Shown piece after piece: positions 1 through 10,800 of a stretch of DNA of 38,235 nt (positions are counted from its first letter, which is position 1; each line of letters begins with the position of its first letter). The DNA comes from an uncultured bacterium (GTDB lineage Bacteria > Omnitrophota > Omnitrophia > Omnitrophales > Aquincolibacteriaceae), in contig CAZSVD010000334.1 in NCBI GenBank assembly GCA_964610145.1, positions 1 through 38,235 on the forward strand, in the 5' to 3' direction. Below the pieces are notes generated by a model. The model was not told where the DNA came from and ran no database searches. It saw only the letters and a program-made list of their open reading frames with translations. A program made the position numbers and the translations under genes.

Positions 1-221
1 GGGATGAGGTTGTTGATCGGACACCCCGAGGCCATGCCGGACAGCAACGTGCCCGTGTGGCAGAACGGAACGCCGCAATCCATGCAGCGCGCGCCTTGCT
101 TTTGCAAGTCCGCTTCCGGCATGTGCTCGTGAAATTCCTTGTAATGTTTGACGCGCTCAAGCGGAGCCACGTCCTTCGGAATCACTCGTTTAAATTCTTT
201 AAAACCTGTCGGCTTACCCAC
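1..221 (-). CDS. gltD: Glutamate synthase small (beta) subunit, N-terminal fragment running off the window
   Basis: Reverse-strand translation from GTG at 221 gives VGKPTGFKEFKRVIPKDVAPLERVKHYKEFHEHMPEADLQKQGARCMDCGVPFCHTG..LSGMASGCPINNLIP. This is the characteristic GltD N-terminus with the Cys-rich Fe-S motif. It lies 69 nt downstream of gltB on the same strand. It is absent from the ORF track because it is truncated by the window edge. Confidence 0.85.
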   Translation of the reverse strand, partial: MGKPTGFKEFKRVIPKDVAPLERVKHYKEFHEHMPEADLQKQGARCMDCGVPFCHTGTLLSGMASGCPINNLI

Positions 222-290
222 GTTTAATCTCTGTCTTTTTATTTATATTGTTTTGAATCAGCGGTTGCGCTTAGCGCAGAGCCAAAAATA

Positions 291-3200
291 TTAGTTGCCA
301 CCCACACGACTCGTGCTGCGGATATTTTCTTCAAAAGCGGCCATGACGGCTTCATCGCCCGAAAGCCCTTGGCTCTTAACTTTTTCCATGGCAATCAATA
401 CGTTCTTATAATCTTTCGGAATTACTTTCACGAAACGGCCAAGAGCCTTCGTCCAGTCATTCAAAATTCTTTCACCGGCCTTACTCTTGGTATAGCGCAC
501 ATGATTTTCAATCATTTGCTTTAACTCTTCGATTTCTTTTGCATCCGTCACGGACTCAAGCAAAACCATTTGCTTGTTGCAACGATTCGGGAAAGTTCCG
601 TCCGTATCATAAACATATGCGATACCGCCAGACATACCGGCCGCGAAATTACGTCCTGTAGGTCCCAAAATAACCGCGATACCGCCAGTCATGTATTCAC
701 AACCATGATCCCCCACGGCTTCAACCACGGCTTTAACACCGCTGTTGCGAACGCAGAAACGTTCACCGGCCATACCGTTCAAATACGCTTCACCGCTGGT
801 GGCTCCGTAAAAAGCAACGTTACCGAGAATCATATTTTTCTCGGCTTCAAAGGTTGATTTCTTCGAAGGATAAATGATAATTTTTCCGCCCGAAAGACCT
901 TTGCCGACATAATCATTCGCGTCGCCCTCAAGTTCAAGTTTAATTCCCTTCGGAACAAACGCGCCGAAACTCTGTCCGGCTGAACCGAGAAATTTAAGAC
1001 TGATCGTATCTTCCGGCAAACCATCGGCACCATAACGACGCGTCACCTCGCTGCCCAAGATCGTCCCAACAACACGGTTGATATTGTGTACGGGTAATGA
1101 CGCTTTTACTTTTTTGCCTTCGGAAAGAGCGGGCTCACAAATATCAAGCAACACCTGATTATCGAGCGCGTTAATCAAACCGTGATCCTGCGCGATTTGC
1201 TGATAACGTCCGACGCTCGCCGGAACTTTCGGCGCGTAAAAAATCTTGGAGTAATCAAGCCCTTTGGCTTTCCAATGATTAACCGCTTTTTTGAAATCAA
1301 GAAGCTCGGTGCGTCCGACCATTTCATTGATGGTACGGAAACCCAGCTGAGCCATTAATTCGCGAACTTCCTGCGCGATAAAAAGCATGAAGTTCACAAC
1401 GTGTTCCGGCTTACCCACAAATTTTTTGCGAAGATCAGGATCCTGTGTCGCAACACCCACCGGGCAAGTATTTAAATGACAAACACGCATTAAAATACAG
1501 CCAAGCGAAACAAGCGGTGCTGTCGCGAAACCAAATTCTTCGGCGCCAAGCAACGCAGCAATAACCACGTCACGGCCGGTCTTAAGCTGACCGTCTGTTT
1601 CCACCACAACACGGCTGCGGAGATTATTGAGCAAAAGGGTTTGATGCGTTTCAGCAAGACCCAGTTCCCACGGACCGCCGGCATGTTTAATCGAAGAAAG
1701 CGGCGACGCACCTGTTCCGCCGTCATGACCGCTGATCAAAATAACATCGGCATGCGCCTTGGCAACACCCGCGGCAATCGTACCTACACCGATTTCTGAA
1801 ACCAGCTTCACGTTAATGCGTGCTTTGGTATTCGCATTTTTCAAATCATGAATCAATTCCGCCAAATCTTCGATCGAATAAATATCGTGATGCGGCGGCG
1901 GTGAAATGAGTCCCACACCCGGTGTTGAAAGACGCACTTTCGCGATCCACGGATAAACTTTGGTTCCGGGAAGCTGTCCGCCTTCGCCCGGCTTCGCGCC
2001 CTGCGCCATCTTAATTTGAATTTCCTGCGCATTCACAAGGTAATGGCTGGTTACACCGAAGCGACCTGAAGCAACCTGCTTAATCGCGTTCTTTTTAGAA
2101 TCGCCATTCGGCTCGGGCGTAAAACGCGCGGGATCTTCTCCGCCTTCACCGGTATTGGATTTTCCGCCGAGACGGTTCATCGCGATCGCCAAAGTTTCAT
2201 GCGATTCTTTGCTGATTGAACCATAAGACATCGCGCCGGTCTTAAAGCGTTTTACAATCGATTCTACCGGCTCAACTTCTTCAATCGGAATCGCTTTCGA
2301 AGGCATTTTAATATCCATCAAACTACGCAACGTGCAAAGCGATTCGCTTTGCTCATTGATCAACTTGGAATATTCCTGAAAAACTTTATAGTTGTTGGTG
2401 CGAACAGAAGTTTGCAGCTTATGAATCGTCTCAGGATTAAAAAGATGATATTCCCCGCCCTTGCGCCATTGATATTGACCGCCCGAAGCAAGCGCATGCG
2501 AATCAATTTGACGGTCCGGAAACGCGTCACGATGCCGCGCGCGAACTTCATCATGCACCGTTTCAATTCCGATTCCTTCAATGCGGGATGCCGTATTCGT
2601 AAAATATTTATCAACCAGTTTTTGATTCACTCCGACCGCTTCGAAAATTTGCGCGCCGCGATAACTTTGAATCGTGGAAATACCCATCTTCGACATGGTT
2701 TTCACAACGCCTTTAGAAACAGCCTTCACGTAATTCTTGACGGTAACTTTATGTTCAACCCCTTTCAACAAGCCCTGACGGATCAAGTCATCCATGGATT
2801 CAAAAGCAAGATAAGGGTTGATCGCACCGGCGCCATAACCGAGCAACAATGCGAAGTGATGCACTTCACGGGGTTCACCCGACTCCAAAATCAAACCAAT
2901 TTTGGTACGTGTTCCTTCGCGGATCAAATGGTGATGGGTTCCTGAAACCGCAAGCAATGACGGAATCGCGGCCATATCGTGGTTCACACCGCGATCGGAG
3001 AGAACAATAATATTGCAGCCATTCTTGATCGCCGCATCGGCTTCTTTAAAGATTCTGTCCATTGCCGCTTCAAGGCCCTTAGCGCCTTTTTCAATTTCAT
3101 AAAGAATTGAAATGGTCGCGGATTTAAAATCAGGATGCTTGATGTGGCGCAGCTTTTCAAAATCTTCGTTGGAAAGAATCGGACTGTCGATTTGAATTTG

Positions 3201-4913
3201 GCGGCAGCTCTTAGGTTCCGGCTTAAGCAGATTGCGCTCCGTTCCCAAAGTCGTCAAAGTGGAAGTCACAATTTCTTCACGAATACAATCAATCGGCGGA
3301 TTGGCTACCTGCGCGAATAACTGCTTAAAATAATTAAAAAGCAATTGCGGTTTATTCGACAAAACCGCGAGCGGCGTATCGGTTCCCATCGAACCTACAG
3401 GCTCAACTCCGTCGCGTCCCATCGGTGTCAAAATTAAACGCAAATCTTCAAAGGTATATCCGAATGCCTTTTGGCGCTGCAACACTGTTTCGTGATCCGG
3501 CTCATGCACATGCGGCGCTTCGGGCAATTGATCAAGTAAAATCAAATTTTCATCAAGCCACTTACGGTAAGGATGTTCGTTCACAATCCCTTTTTTAATT
3601 TCTTCGTCGGCAATGATGCGGCCTTTTTGCATATCGATCAAAAACATACGTCCGGGCTGAAGACGGCCTTTTTCTAAAACATCTTCGGAAGGAACAGGCA
3701 AAACGCCGACTTCGGAAGCCATGATCACGCGGTCATCTTTTGTCACGTAATAACGCGAAGGACGCAATCCGTTACGATCGAGAATCGCGCCGATTTGCGT
3801 ACCATCCGTAAACACGATTGAAGCGGGACCATCCCACGGCTCCATCAAACAGTTGTGATATTGATAGAAAGCCTTTTTCTCGGGAGACATGGATTCATGC
3901 ATGGACCATGGCTCAGGAATCATCATCATCACCGCATGCGGCAATGAACGGCCCGAAAGCGTAAGAAACTCGAGACAGTTATCAAACATCGCCGAATCAC
4001 TGCCGTCTTGATTGATTACGGGCATAAGCTTTTTAATATCCTCGCCCCAAATCTCAGACTCGCAAAGCGCCTGACGCGCATTCATCCAATTCACATTCCC
4101 GCGCAATGTATTGATTTCACCGTTATGCGCGACAAAACGATAAGGATGCGCGCGATCCCAGCTCGGAAAAGTGTTCGTGCTAAAGCGTGAGTGAACCAAA
4201 CCAATCGCGCTTTCAACGGACGGATCGCTCAACTCAGGAAAGAAATCTCCGACCTGCTCGGGAAGCAACATTCCTTTATAGATAATCGTGCGGCTGGAAA
4301 GACTTGAAACGTAAAAAAATTCACGGCCTTTTACATCTTTTGAGTAACGAATCTCATTTTCAACGCGGCAGCGGATCACGTAAAGTTTTCGCTCAAAAGC
4401 AAGCTGGTCTTTGAGGTTCGCACTCTTACCGATAAAAATCTGGCTTACGAAGGGCTCGCTTTCCTTCGCGGTATCACCCATAGAACGGTTAATCGTATGG
4501 ACTTTGCGCCAGCCTAAGAATTTCTGTCCTTCTTCTTTGACGATTCTTTCAAAAATTTTCTCAAAGCTCTTGTGCTGCTTTTCATGCCGGGGCATAAAAA
4601 CCATGCCCACGCCGTATTCACCTTCTTTGGGAAGGTCGATTCCGAGGCCGGGGCAATTTTCCTGAAAAAACTTATGCGGAAGCTGAAGCAAGATACCCGC
4701 GCCGTCACCGGTGTTCGATTCGCAGCCACACGCGCCGCGATGGCGGAGGTTATTGAGAATGGTAAGCGCGTCGCTCACAATTTGATGCGACTTAATACCT
4801 TTAATATTGGCAACAAAGCCAACGCCGCAAGCATCGTGTTCATGTTGAGGGTCATACAAGCCCTGCTTCGCGGGACGCTGCGCCGAATACTTTCTGAGAG
4901 CCTTACTTTCCAT
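291..4913 (-). CDS. gltB: Glutamate synthase large (alpha) subunit
   Basis: 1540-aa ORF. It has the N-terminal Ntn-amidotransferase start (..HDACGVGFV..), a central FMN/Fe-S domain and a C-terminal GXGXG beta-helix domain. Size and order (gltB then gltD) are canonical. Confidence 0.97.
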   Translation of the reverse strand: MESKALRKYSAQRPAKQGLYDPQHEHDACGVGFVANIKGIKSHQIVSDALTILNNLRHRGACGCESNTGDGAGILLQLPHKFFQENCPGLGIDLPKEGEYGVGMVFMPRHEKQHKSFEKIFERIVKEEGQKFLGWRKVHTINRSMGDTAKESEPFVSQIFIGKSANLKDQLAFERKLYVIRCRVENEIRYSKDVKGREFFYVSSLSSRTIIYKGMLLPEQVGDFFPELSDPSVESAIGLVHSRFSTNTFPSWDRAHPYRFVAHNGEINTLRGNVNWMNARQALCESEIWGEDIKKLMPVINQDGSDSAMFDNCLEFLTLSGRSLPHAVMMMIPEPWSMHESMSPEKKAFYQYHNCLMEPWDGPASIVFTDGTQIGAILDRNGLRPSRYYVTKDDRVIMASEVGVLPVPSEDVLEKGRLQPGRMFLIDMQKGRIIADEEIKKGIVNEHPYRKWLDENLILLDQLPEAPHVHEPDHETVLQRQKAFGYTFEDLRLILTPMGRDGVEPVGSMGTDTPLAVLSNKPQLLFNYFKQLFAQVANPPIDCIREEIVTSTLTTLGTERNLLKPEPKSCRQIQIDSPILSNEDFEKLRHIKHPDFKSATISILYEIEKGAKGLEAAMDRIFKEADAAIKNGCNIIVLSDRGVNHDMAAIPSLLAVSGTHHHLIREGTRTKIGLILESGEPREVHHFALLLGYGAGAINPYLAFESMDDLIRQGLLKGVEHKVTVKNYVKAVSKGVVKTMSKMGISTIQSYRGAQIFEAVGVNQKLVDKYFTNTASRIEGIGIETVHDEVRARHRDAFPDRQIDSHALASGGQYQWRKGGEYHLFNPETIHKLQTSVRTNNYKVFQEYSKLINEQSESLCTLRSLMDIKMPSKAIPIEEVEPVESIVKRFKTGAMSYGSISKESHETLAIAMNRLGGKSNTGEGGEDPARFTPEPNGDSKKNAIKQVASGRFGVTSHYLVNAQEIQIKMAQGAKPGEGGQLPGTKVYPWIAKVRLSTPGVGLISPPPHHDIYSIEDLAELIHDLKNANTKARINVKLVSEIGVGTIAAGVAKAHADVILISGHDGGTGASPLSSIKHAGGPWELGLAETHQTLLLNNLRSRVVVETDGQLKTGRDVVIAALLGAEEFGFATAPLVSLGCILMRVCHLNTCPVGVATQDPDLRKKFVGKPEHVVNFMLFIAQEVRELMAQLGFRTINEMVGRTELLDFKKAVNHWKAKGLDYSKIFYAPKVPASVGRYQQIAQDHGLINALDNQVLLDICEPALSEGKKVKASLPVHNINRVVGTILGSEVTRRYGADGLPEDTISLKFLGSAGQSFGAFVPKGIKLELEGDANDYVGKGLSGGKIIIYPSKKSTFEAEKNMILGNVAFYGATSGEAYLNGMAGERFCVRNSGVKAVVEAVGDHGCEYMTGGIAVILGPTGRNFAAGMSGGIAYVYDTDGTFPNRCNKQMVLLESVTDAKEIEELKQMIENHVRYTKSKAGERILNDWTKALGRFVKVIPKDYKNVLIAMEKVKSQGLSGDEAVMAAFEENIRSTSRVGGN

Positions 4914-5146
4914 GATTCGTTCTCTATACCTTATCTTTATAATCTATTAATGCGTATCTCGATATTTTGCCTAAAAAAAGCAACAATGTAAACCGTGCTT
5001 TATTGGGGTGAAGATATTACAACCTGATTGGCTTTTTGAAAAGAATGCTTTTTCATTTTTTTATAAGACTAAATCCGCCCTCAAACAGTTTTTGAGCAAA
5101 AAACTGACAAAAATGGGCCGTAACCATTCTCGAATCCGGCCAAAAA

Positions 5147-5155
5147 TGCTATGAT
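5147..5155 (+). promoter_or_regulatory. Extended -10 box (TGcTATGAT) 8 nt upstream of the CLC start codon; implies a leaderless or near-leaderless mRNA
   Basis: Sequence tgctatgat is followed by ttaatcaa and then ATG at 5164. No purine-rich SD lies between them. Confidence 0.45.
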
Positions 5156-5163
5156 TTAATCAA

Positions 5164-6387
5164 ATGATGCGCAATTCTCCGCCGGAACAATATCAAGTTT
5201 TACCGCAAATCTTCAAATGGACGCTGATTTCCATTTTGGTCGGATTATTGGCGGGCACCGCTTCAGCGGTTTTTTTACTTTCGCTCGACTGGGTTACCCG
5301 CTTCCGTGAAAATCACGGCTGGATGCTTTTCCTGCTTCCCGTCAGCGGACTTGCTATCGGTTGGATTTATCATACGGTCGGAAAATCCGTTGAAGCCGGC
5401 AACAATTTGCTTCTGGAAGAAATTCACACACCCAAAAGCATTATTCCGTTAAGAATGTCCGCGCTTGTTTTATTGGGAACGCTTGCGACTCATCTTTTCG
5501 GCGGTTCTGCCGGACGCGAAGGAACCGCAGTTCAAATGGGCGGATCGCTTGCCGATCAACTCACTTGCCCGCTTAAACTTTCACATGAAGACCGTAGGAT
5601 TTTACTCATGGCGGGAATCAGTGCCGGTTTCGCGTCGGTTTTCGGGACACCTTTGGCAGGCGCCATTTTTGGATTAGAAGTGCTCGCCATCGGCCGCCTG
5701 CGCTATGATTCGATTTTGCCATGCTTTCTTTCCGCGATCATCGCCCACATGGTCACTTTAGCGTGGGGCGTAGTCCACACCGCTTACTCTGTACCGGAAG
5801 TGCCGGCATTATCCTGGTTCAATCTGCTTCAAGTTGCCTTGGCCGGAGCTTTGTTCGGATTAACCGGAATGGGCTTTGCCTGGTCGACGCACAAAATGAG
5901 CGATCTCTTTAAAAAATATATTTCTTTCGCGCCTTTCCGTCCCTTAGCGGGCGGACTTTTTATTATTTTGCTGACGGGCGCGTTTCAAACTCACCGTTAT
6001 CTCGGGCTCGGCATTCCCACCATGGTAGATGCTTTTCAAACCCATTTGCCGCCGCATGATTTTTTGGCAAAAACACTTTTTACGTCAATTACGCTCGGCT
6101 CCGGATTCAAAGGCGGTGAAGTCACACCTTTATTTTTCATCGGCGCTACTTTGGGTAACGCGCTCAGTTACGTGATGACACTTCCCACCGCGGTGCTCGC
6201 GGGCGTCGGATTTGTCGCGGTTTTTGCGGGCGCGGCCAACACTCCGCTTTGCTGCACTTTACTCGCGATGGAAATGTTCGGATCGCATATCGGTGTCTAC
6301 GCCGCGATCGGCTGTGTCATGAGCTATCTTTTTTCGGGACATAGCGGAATTTACAAATCTCAACAACCCGCCCGCGAAAAAATTTAA
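5164..6387 (+). CDS. CLC family channel/antiporter, probably the CLC-F fluoride/proton antiporter subclass
   Basis: 407-aa polytopic membrane protein. GNNLL replaces the canonical GSGIP, GREGT carries the gating Glu, and GGEVTP replaces GxFxP. As I recall them, these are the signature substitutions of fluoride-specific CLC-F proteins. Confidence 0.75.
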   Translation: MMRNSPPEQYQVLPQIFKWTLISILVGLLAGTASAVFLLSLDWVTRFRENHGWMLFLLPVSGLAIGWIYHTVGKSVEAGNNLLLEEIHTPKSIIPLRMSALVLLGTLATHLFGGSAGREGTAVQMGGSLADQLTCPLKLSHEDRRILLMAGISAGFASVFGTPLAGAIFGLEVLAIGRLRYDSILPCFLSAIIAHMVTLAWGVVHTAYSVPEVPALSWFNLLQVALAGALFGLTGMGFAWSTHKMSDLFKKYISFAPFRPLAGGLFIILLTGAFQTHRYLGLGIPTMVDAFQTHLPPHDFLAKTLFTSITLGSGFKGGEVTPLFFIGATLGNALSYVMTLPTAVLAGVGFVAVFAGAANTPLCCTLLAMEMFGSHIGVYAAIGCVMSYLFSGHSGIYKSQQPAREKI

Positions 6388-6483
6388 AAGTCGCGCGTCA
6401 AAATCTCGGGAGCTGCTTTTCCGACTGTCTTCTGATAGACTTTCCGCCAGTTGTTTTTATTATTACTCGATAAAGGGACCAAC

Positions 6484-7161
6484 ATGCTTTCATCTTTACT
6501 GGATCCGCGCCGTCTTCAGCCTAAAAAACTTCGCCTTCTTTTGGCATGGACAGGCGGCATTCTGCTTGTTTTCAATACCCGCATTGACGATCAAAGTTTT
6601 CGGCTGGGCATTCCGGTTGTGCTTTTGGGCGAGTTTATTCGCATTCTGGCCTCGGGCTATCTCGAGAAAAAAGGACAAAAGCTCGCTTCGTCAGGACCTT
6701 TCGCCTATGTCCGCAATCCTCTTTATATCGGAAACTTTACGTTGGGATTAGGATTCGTTTTGATGTCGAATAATCTCATCAACGTTATTTTGTTTGCCGT
6801 TGGTTTTGTCTTGATTTACATGGGCACGGTTAAAAAAGAAGAGAAAGTTTTGGGTGAAATGTTCGGCGAAGCTTATGCCGATTATTGCCGTGAAGTGCCG
6901 CGCTTTTTTCCGAAATTAAAGCCTTATTCCAAGACAAGCCGCGATCCGTTTCAATGGTCTTCGGTTATCAAGCATCGCGAATACATCACCATTGCGGGAA
7001 TCATGATGCTCATTCCGGGCTGCTATATCTGGGAAAAGCTTCGCAGCGAAGGACAACTGAATAATATTTCCGCGCTCTGTGTCTGCGGATTTTTTGTGGT
7101 TCTGGGAATTGCCATTCTTATTTATGAGTTTGTCCGCAAAGGACGCCTGAAAGCATCTTAA
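6484..7161 (+). CDS. Isoprenylcysteine carboxyl methyltransferase (ICMT)/phospholipid methyltransferase family membrane protein
   Basis: Multi-TM protein with the family motif GPFAYVRNPLYIGN. I prefer ATG 6484 (preceded by aaaggga) over the track start at 6451. Confidence 0.7.
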   Translation: MLSSLLDPRRLQPKKLRLLLAWTGGILLVFNTRIDDQSFRLGIPVVLLGEFIRILASGYLEKKGQKLASSGPFAYVRNPLYIGNFTLGLGFVLMSNNLINVILFAVGFVLIYMGTVKKEEKVLGEMFGEAYADYCREVPRFFPKLKPYSKTSRDPFQWSSVIKHREYITIAGIMMLIPGCYIWEKLRSEGQLNNISALCVCGFFVVLGIAILIYEFVRKGRLKAS

Positions 7162-7204
7162 GCTTAGAGAAAACTCCGGATGAGTTTACACTCAGAGGAA
7201 AATA

Positions 7205-8527
7205 TTACAGCAGCGTTCCGCGCAAGATAAGCGCGGAAACCGAAAAGTAAATCAGAATTCCGGAAACATCCACAAGCGTCGCAACAAATGGCGCTGACGC
7301 ACTTGCAGGGTCAAATCCCAGCTTCTTAAGAATAAACGGCAAGAGCGATCCCGCCATGGTTCCCCACATAACAACGCCGATCAAGCTGAGTGAAACCGCG
7401 GCCGCGATTAAATTCGCATAAGTTCCATAGGTGTGAAAAATAAGCTGCCAAACTAAAATACGAACGAGGCCGATTGACGCAAGAATCAATCCCAAACCAA
7501 AACCCGTGAGCAATTCGCGGCGAACAATGCGCCACCAGTCACGTAGTTGAAATTCTCCGAGTGCCATCGCGCGAATGACCAGCGTCGCCGCCTGCGAACC
7601 GGAATTTCCGCCGCTTGAAATAATCAACGGCACAAAAAGCGCCAAAACGACCGCGCGCGCGATTTCATTTTCAAAACGGGCCATCGCCGTTGCCGTGAGC
7701 ATTTCTCCCAAAAACAAAACAGACAGCCACACCGCGCGCTTTTTAAGCATTTCCCAAAAGCCCATTTGCATATACGGCTTATCAAGAGCTTCCATACCTC
7801 CGAGTTTTTGAATATCCTCGGTGGCTTCATCCTGAACCGCGTGCAAAATGTCATCCGCCGTAATAATACCTTTGAGACGGTGAAACTCATCCACGACCGG
7901 CAACGCGAAAAACTTATGTTTCGAAAAATGCTGCGCGACAATTTCCTGATCCTGATTTTCGGTTACGGAAATAACTTCATTCTTCATGATGTCGCGGATT
8001 TTTTTATCGGGCAATGCTTTAAACAAATCGCGGAAAGAAACCACGCCGAGTAATTTTTGAGCTTCATCCAAAACGTAAACATAATAAATATTTTCCAAAT
8101 GCTGCTGCACCTGTAGACGCAAATAGCGGATGGCTTCATCCGCTGTTAAGTCAGGCGGCACGCGCGCGAAATGCGGGTTCATCAGACCACCGGCGACATC
8201 CTGTTTGTAGGCAAGCAAAACATTGACTTCGCGGCGATTCTGATCGTCAAGCAAACTAAGCAAGGCGCCGCGCTGTTCTTCCGGAGAATGCTGAATCAAA
8301 TCGGCGGCATCATCGGGAGCAAGGAGCCTAAACCAGAGCCGTTTCTCACCATCCGGAAGCCGGTGAATAATTTGAGCGCGGTCATCCACGGAAATTTTAA
8401 GAAAAAAATCCTGCGCTTCTTCACGTCCCAAAAGACAAAAAGCTTCCGCACGCTCATCCGCCGAGAGCACGTTCCATGTATCTTCGATTTCGCTTTCGCT
8501 TAAAGTTTCTATTTTGGGAATGTTCAT
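7205..8527 (-). CDS. mgtE: Magnesium transporter MgtE
   Basis: 440 aa. It has the MgtE N-domain, a tandem CBS pair and a C-terminal 5-TM MgtE domain (..PLIISSGGNSGSQAATL..). Confidence 0.95.
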   Translation of the reverse strand: MNIPKIETLSESEIEDTWNVLSADERAEAFCLLGREEAQDFFLKISVDDRAQIIHRLPDGEKRLWFRLLAPDDAADLIQHSPEEQRGALLSLLDDQNRREVNVLLAYKQDVAGGLMNPHFARVPPDLTADEAIRYLRLQVQQHLENIYYVYVLDEAQKLLGVVSFRDLFKALPDKKIRDIMKNEVISVTENQDQEIVAQHFSKHKFFALPVVDEFHRLKGIITADDILHAVQDEATEDIQKLGGMEALDKPYMQMGFWEMLKKRAVWLSVLFLGEMLTATAMARFENEIARAVVLALFVPLIISSGGNSGSQAATLVIRAMALGEFQLRDWWRIVRRELLTGFGLGLILASIGLVRILVWQLIFHTYGTYANLIAAAVSLSLIGVVMWGTMAGSLLPFILKKLGFDPASASAPFVATLVDVSGILIYFSVSALILRGTLL

Positions 8528-8537
8528 AACCGCGCGT

Positions 8538-8543
8538 ATTCTA
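8538..8543 (-). promoter_or_regulatory. -10 box TAGAAT (minus strand) 10 nt upstream of the mgtE ATG
   Basis: The minus strand reads tagaat acgcgcggtt ATG. No SD is visible. Confidence 0.35.
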
Positions 8544-8644
8544 ATTCATCCTGAAAGACAGGACACGCAAAATCTGGTTTTAAAATCACTGTTTTTTGGT
8601 TAGGCTATACGCCTTCGCAATCATTTGAAATAAGGAGCAAAATA

Positions 8645-9028
8645 ATGGCCAGACAAAATATCTCTACCGGCGGAAAGTGGGAACCCATTCTCGGATATTC
8701 GCGCGCGGTTAAAATCGGAAATGTCGTGCATGTTTCGGGCACAACCGCAACCGGTCCGGACGGGCTCGTCGGTAAAAATGACCCCTACGCTCAAACGGTT
8801 CAAACTCTTAAAAATATTGAGTCGGCTTTGAAGCAAGCCGGTGCCAAATTGGAAAATGTCGTCAGAACCCGCATGTACCTGAAAGACATTACTCAATGGG
8901 AAAAAGTGGGCAAAGCTCACGGAGAATTTTTCGGAACAATCCGCCCTGCGACGACCATGGTCGAAGTCAGCAAACTGATTGACCCGGATATGCTGATCGA
9001 AATTGAGGCAGAAGCCATTCTATCTTAA
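8645..9028 (+). CDS. RidA/YjgF (Rid) family protein
   Basis: 127 aa with a typical Rid fold sequence (..[19 protein letters not shown].. ..IEIEAEA..). A strong SD (aaggag) lies 7 nt upstream. Confidence 0.9.
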   Translation: MARQNISTGGKWEPILGYSRAVKIGNVVHVSGTTATGPDGLVGKNDPYAQTVQTLKNIESALKQAGAKLENVVRTRMYLKDITQWEKVGKAHGEFFGTIRPATTMVEVSKLIDPDMLIEIEAEAILS

Positions 9029-9035
9029 TCGCTTT

Positions 9036-9075
9036 AACCCTGGGGAGACGGCAAAACCGATCCTCAGGGTTTTTG
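9036..9075 (+). terminator. Rho-independent terminator after the Rid gene
   Basis: aaccctgggga pairs with tcctcagggtt (11 bp including one G-U, 14-nt loop), followed by a T run. Confidence 0.6.
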
Positions 9076-9165
9076 AAGCGAGCTGATTTTATTTCAGAAA
9101 CCCCTTTTAAAGACCGATACTGAATGTGGCAAACTCGCCGCTTTCACGTTACACTTTAAAAAGGC

Positions 9166-10785
9166 ATGAAAAAATCCATACCCCCTTCGCATAAAACAAG
9201 GGATCTTGCCATGCTGGTGGATAACCAGCCGACTTCTTTTTTCAAACACCGTCCTTCGATTTTAACTTTAGGCATCAGCATTATCGTAACCGCGCTGACA
9301 TTCACAAAAATGCTCGAGCTTGAACATGTCCGTCTTCAAAGTGATTTTGACCGGCTTTCGCGCAACATTGTCACCACCCTGCGCGACTCGATTGAAAATA
9401 ACCTGGAAGTGCTAAATGAATTCGGAGGGTTTTATTCCGCGAGCGAAAAGATCGAGCGTAGCGAATTTAAAGAATTTACAAGCTACATCTTTAAACGCAG
9501 AAAAGATATTTATATGTTGGCCTGGGCACCGCGCACAAAAAGCACTGAAATCCAGTCGCTCCTGAACACTTTCAATTCTGAAGGTTTGCCAGATGTTACC
9601 ATCAAACAGTACGATCACCGCGGACTCATTGTGCCGGCCAAAGAGCGCGACGAATATTATCCCATTTATTATGTCGAGCCTTTAAAGCTCAATAGCAACA
9701 TTCTTGGTCTCGATGAAGCTTCATATTCGCTCACACGCGCAGCGATTGAAAAATCTGTGCAAACCGGCTTGCCCACTTCTACCATTATCATGTCCTTGCC
9801 CCAGTTTGAAAACGAGCCGCCCGCTTCGCGGAATGGAATTCAAGTTTTTGCGCCTATTTATAAAAACTATGCTCCAACGGATACGTTGCAGGACAGAAAA
9901 GCAAATCTAACAGGTTTTGTTGTGGTTGCTTTTCACGTCAGAAAAATGCTTGAATCTGTTCTGAAAAACGTGGATACGCCGGAGCTTGAAATGCGCATTT
10001 TCGCGCAAGGAATCCGCGACAAAGAAAAACTTATCTACACTTATAATCCGCAAAGTGTTGAGAAATTAAAAGACAGCTGGAGATATACCGCTGAAATTGA
10101 TGTTGCCGGTCAGCCCTGGACCGTCATTTGTTCAAGCTCACCTGTCTTTAAAAAGAATCATTACCGCTGGGAAGCACCGGCCGTATTTGTGGTCGGAATT
10201 CTGCTGGGATTTCTGTTGGCGATTTACATTTTTTCATTTGAACGCAATCGTATCCGCGAAATTATGGTGGCGCTTTCTCTGACGGACGAACTTACCAAAC
10301 TCTACAATCGCCGAGGGTTTTGGCTGCTCGCGGATGAACAAATGAAAGTCGCTATAAGATATAAACGCGGGTTTTGGCTTCTGGTCATGGATGTGGATCA
10401 TCTTAAGAGAATTAACGATACCCTGGGTCATCCCGAAGGCGACCGCGTCATCACACGCGCCGCAAATCTCCTCAAAAACACATTCAGAAAATCGGATATT
10501 GTGGCCCGAATTGGCGGTGACGAATTCGCGGTGGTTGCGCTCGAGTCCAGTTCGTCCGCGCTTACATCCCTTACGAATCATCTCCAAAGCCAACTTGAAA
10601 AAAACAACTCTCTTAAAGAACACGCTTACGATCTTTCGATATGCACATTCGCTGCATATTTTTACCCTGAAAACCCCTCCTCGTTTGAAGATTTAATGGC
10701 TGCGGCAGACAAACAGCTTTACGCGCAAAAAAAAGCTCATCGCATACATGGCGGCGAAAACATTCCGCCGATTTCCGAAACTTAA
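9166..10785 (+). CDS. CHASE-domain sensor diguanylate cyclase (GGDEF)
   Basis: 539 aa. Two TM segments flank a roughly 270-aa periplasmic CHASE-like domain (..YYPIYYVEPL..ILGLDEAS..). The C-terminal GGDEF domain has an intact GGDEF motif and an RxxD I-site (RKSD) five residues upstream. Confidence 0.9.
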   Translation: MKKSIPPSHKTRDLAMLVDNQPTSFFKHRPSILTLGISIIVTALTFTKMLELEHVRLQSDFDRLSRNIVTTLRDSIENNLEVLNEFGGFYSASEKIERSEFKEFTSYIFKRRKDIYMLAWAPRTKSTEIQSLLNTFNSEGLPDVTIKQYDHRGLIVPAKERDEYYPIYYVEPLKLNSNILGLDEASYSLTRAAIEKSVQTGLPTSTIIMSLPQFENEPPASRNGIQVFAPIYKNYAPTDTLQDRKANLTGFVVVAFHVRKMLESVLKNVDTPELEMRIFAQGIRDKEKLIYTYNPQSVEKLKDSWRYTAEIDVAGQPWTVICSSSPVFKKNHYRWEAPAVFVVGILLGFLLAIYIFSFERNRIREIMVALSLTDELTKLYNRRGFWLLADEQMKVAIRYKRGFWLLVMDVDHLKRINDTLGHPEGDRVITRAANLLKNTFRKSDIVARIGGDEFAVVALESSSSALTSLTNHLQSQLEKNNSLKEHAYDLSICTFAAYFYPENPSSFEDLMAAADKQLYAQKKAHRIHGGENIPPISET

Positions 10786-10800
10786 TCCACGCCCTTTTCC

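Noticed and set aside
570-4991. Many 60-200-aa ORFs overlapping gltB on either strand in other frames (for example 2349..2945 +, 4572..4991 +)
   Set aside because: They lie entirely inside a well-supported 1540-aa gene, have no recognisable motifs or SDs, and show the low-complexity composition typical of off-frame ORFs. The same applies to ORFs embedded in mgtE, mprF, the kinases, the MFS genes and dps (22879..23472 +).
4914-5163. Fluoride (crcB-motif) riboswitch upstream of the CLC-F gene
   Set aside because: I could not find the conserved GGnGAUGG...CUGAUGAnnCCUAC pattern or its pairing by eye. A covariance-model search is still needed.
8528-8644. M-box magnesium riboswitch upstream of mgtE
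   Set aside because: The spacer is only 117 nt, it is shared with the divergent Rid gene, and it has no extended multi-helix structure that I could trace.
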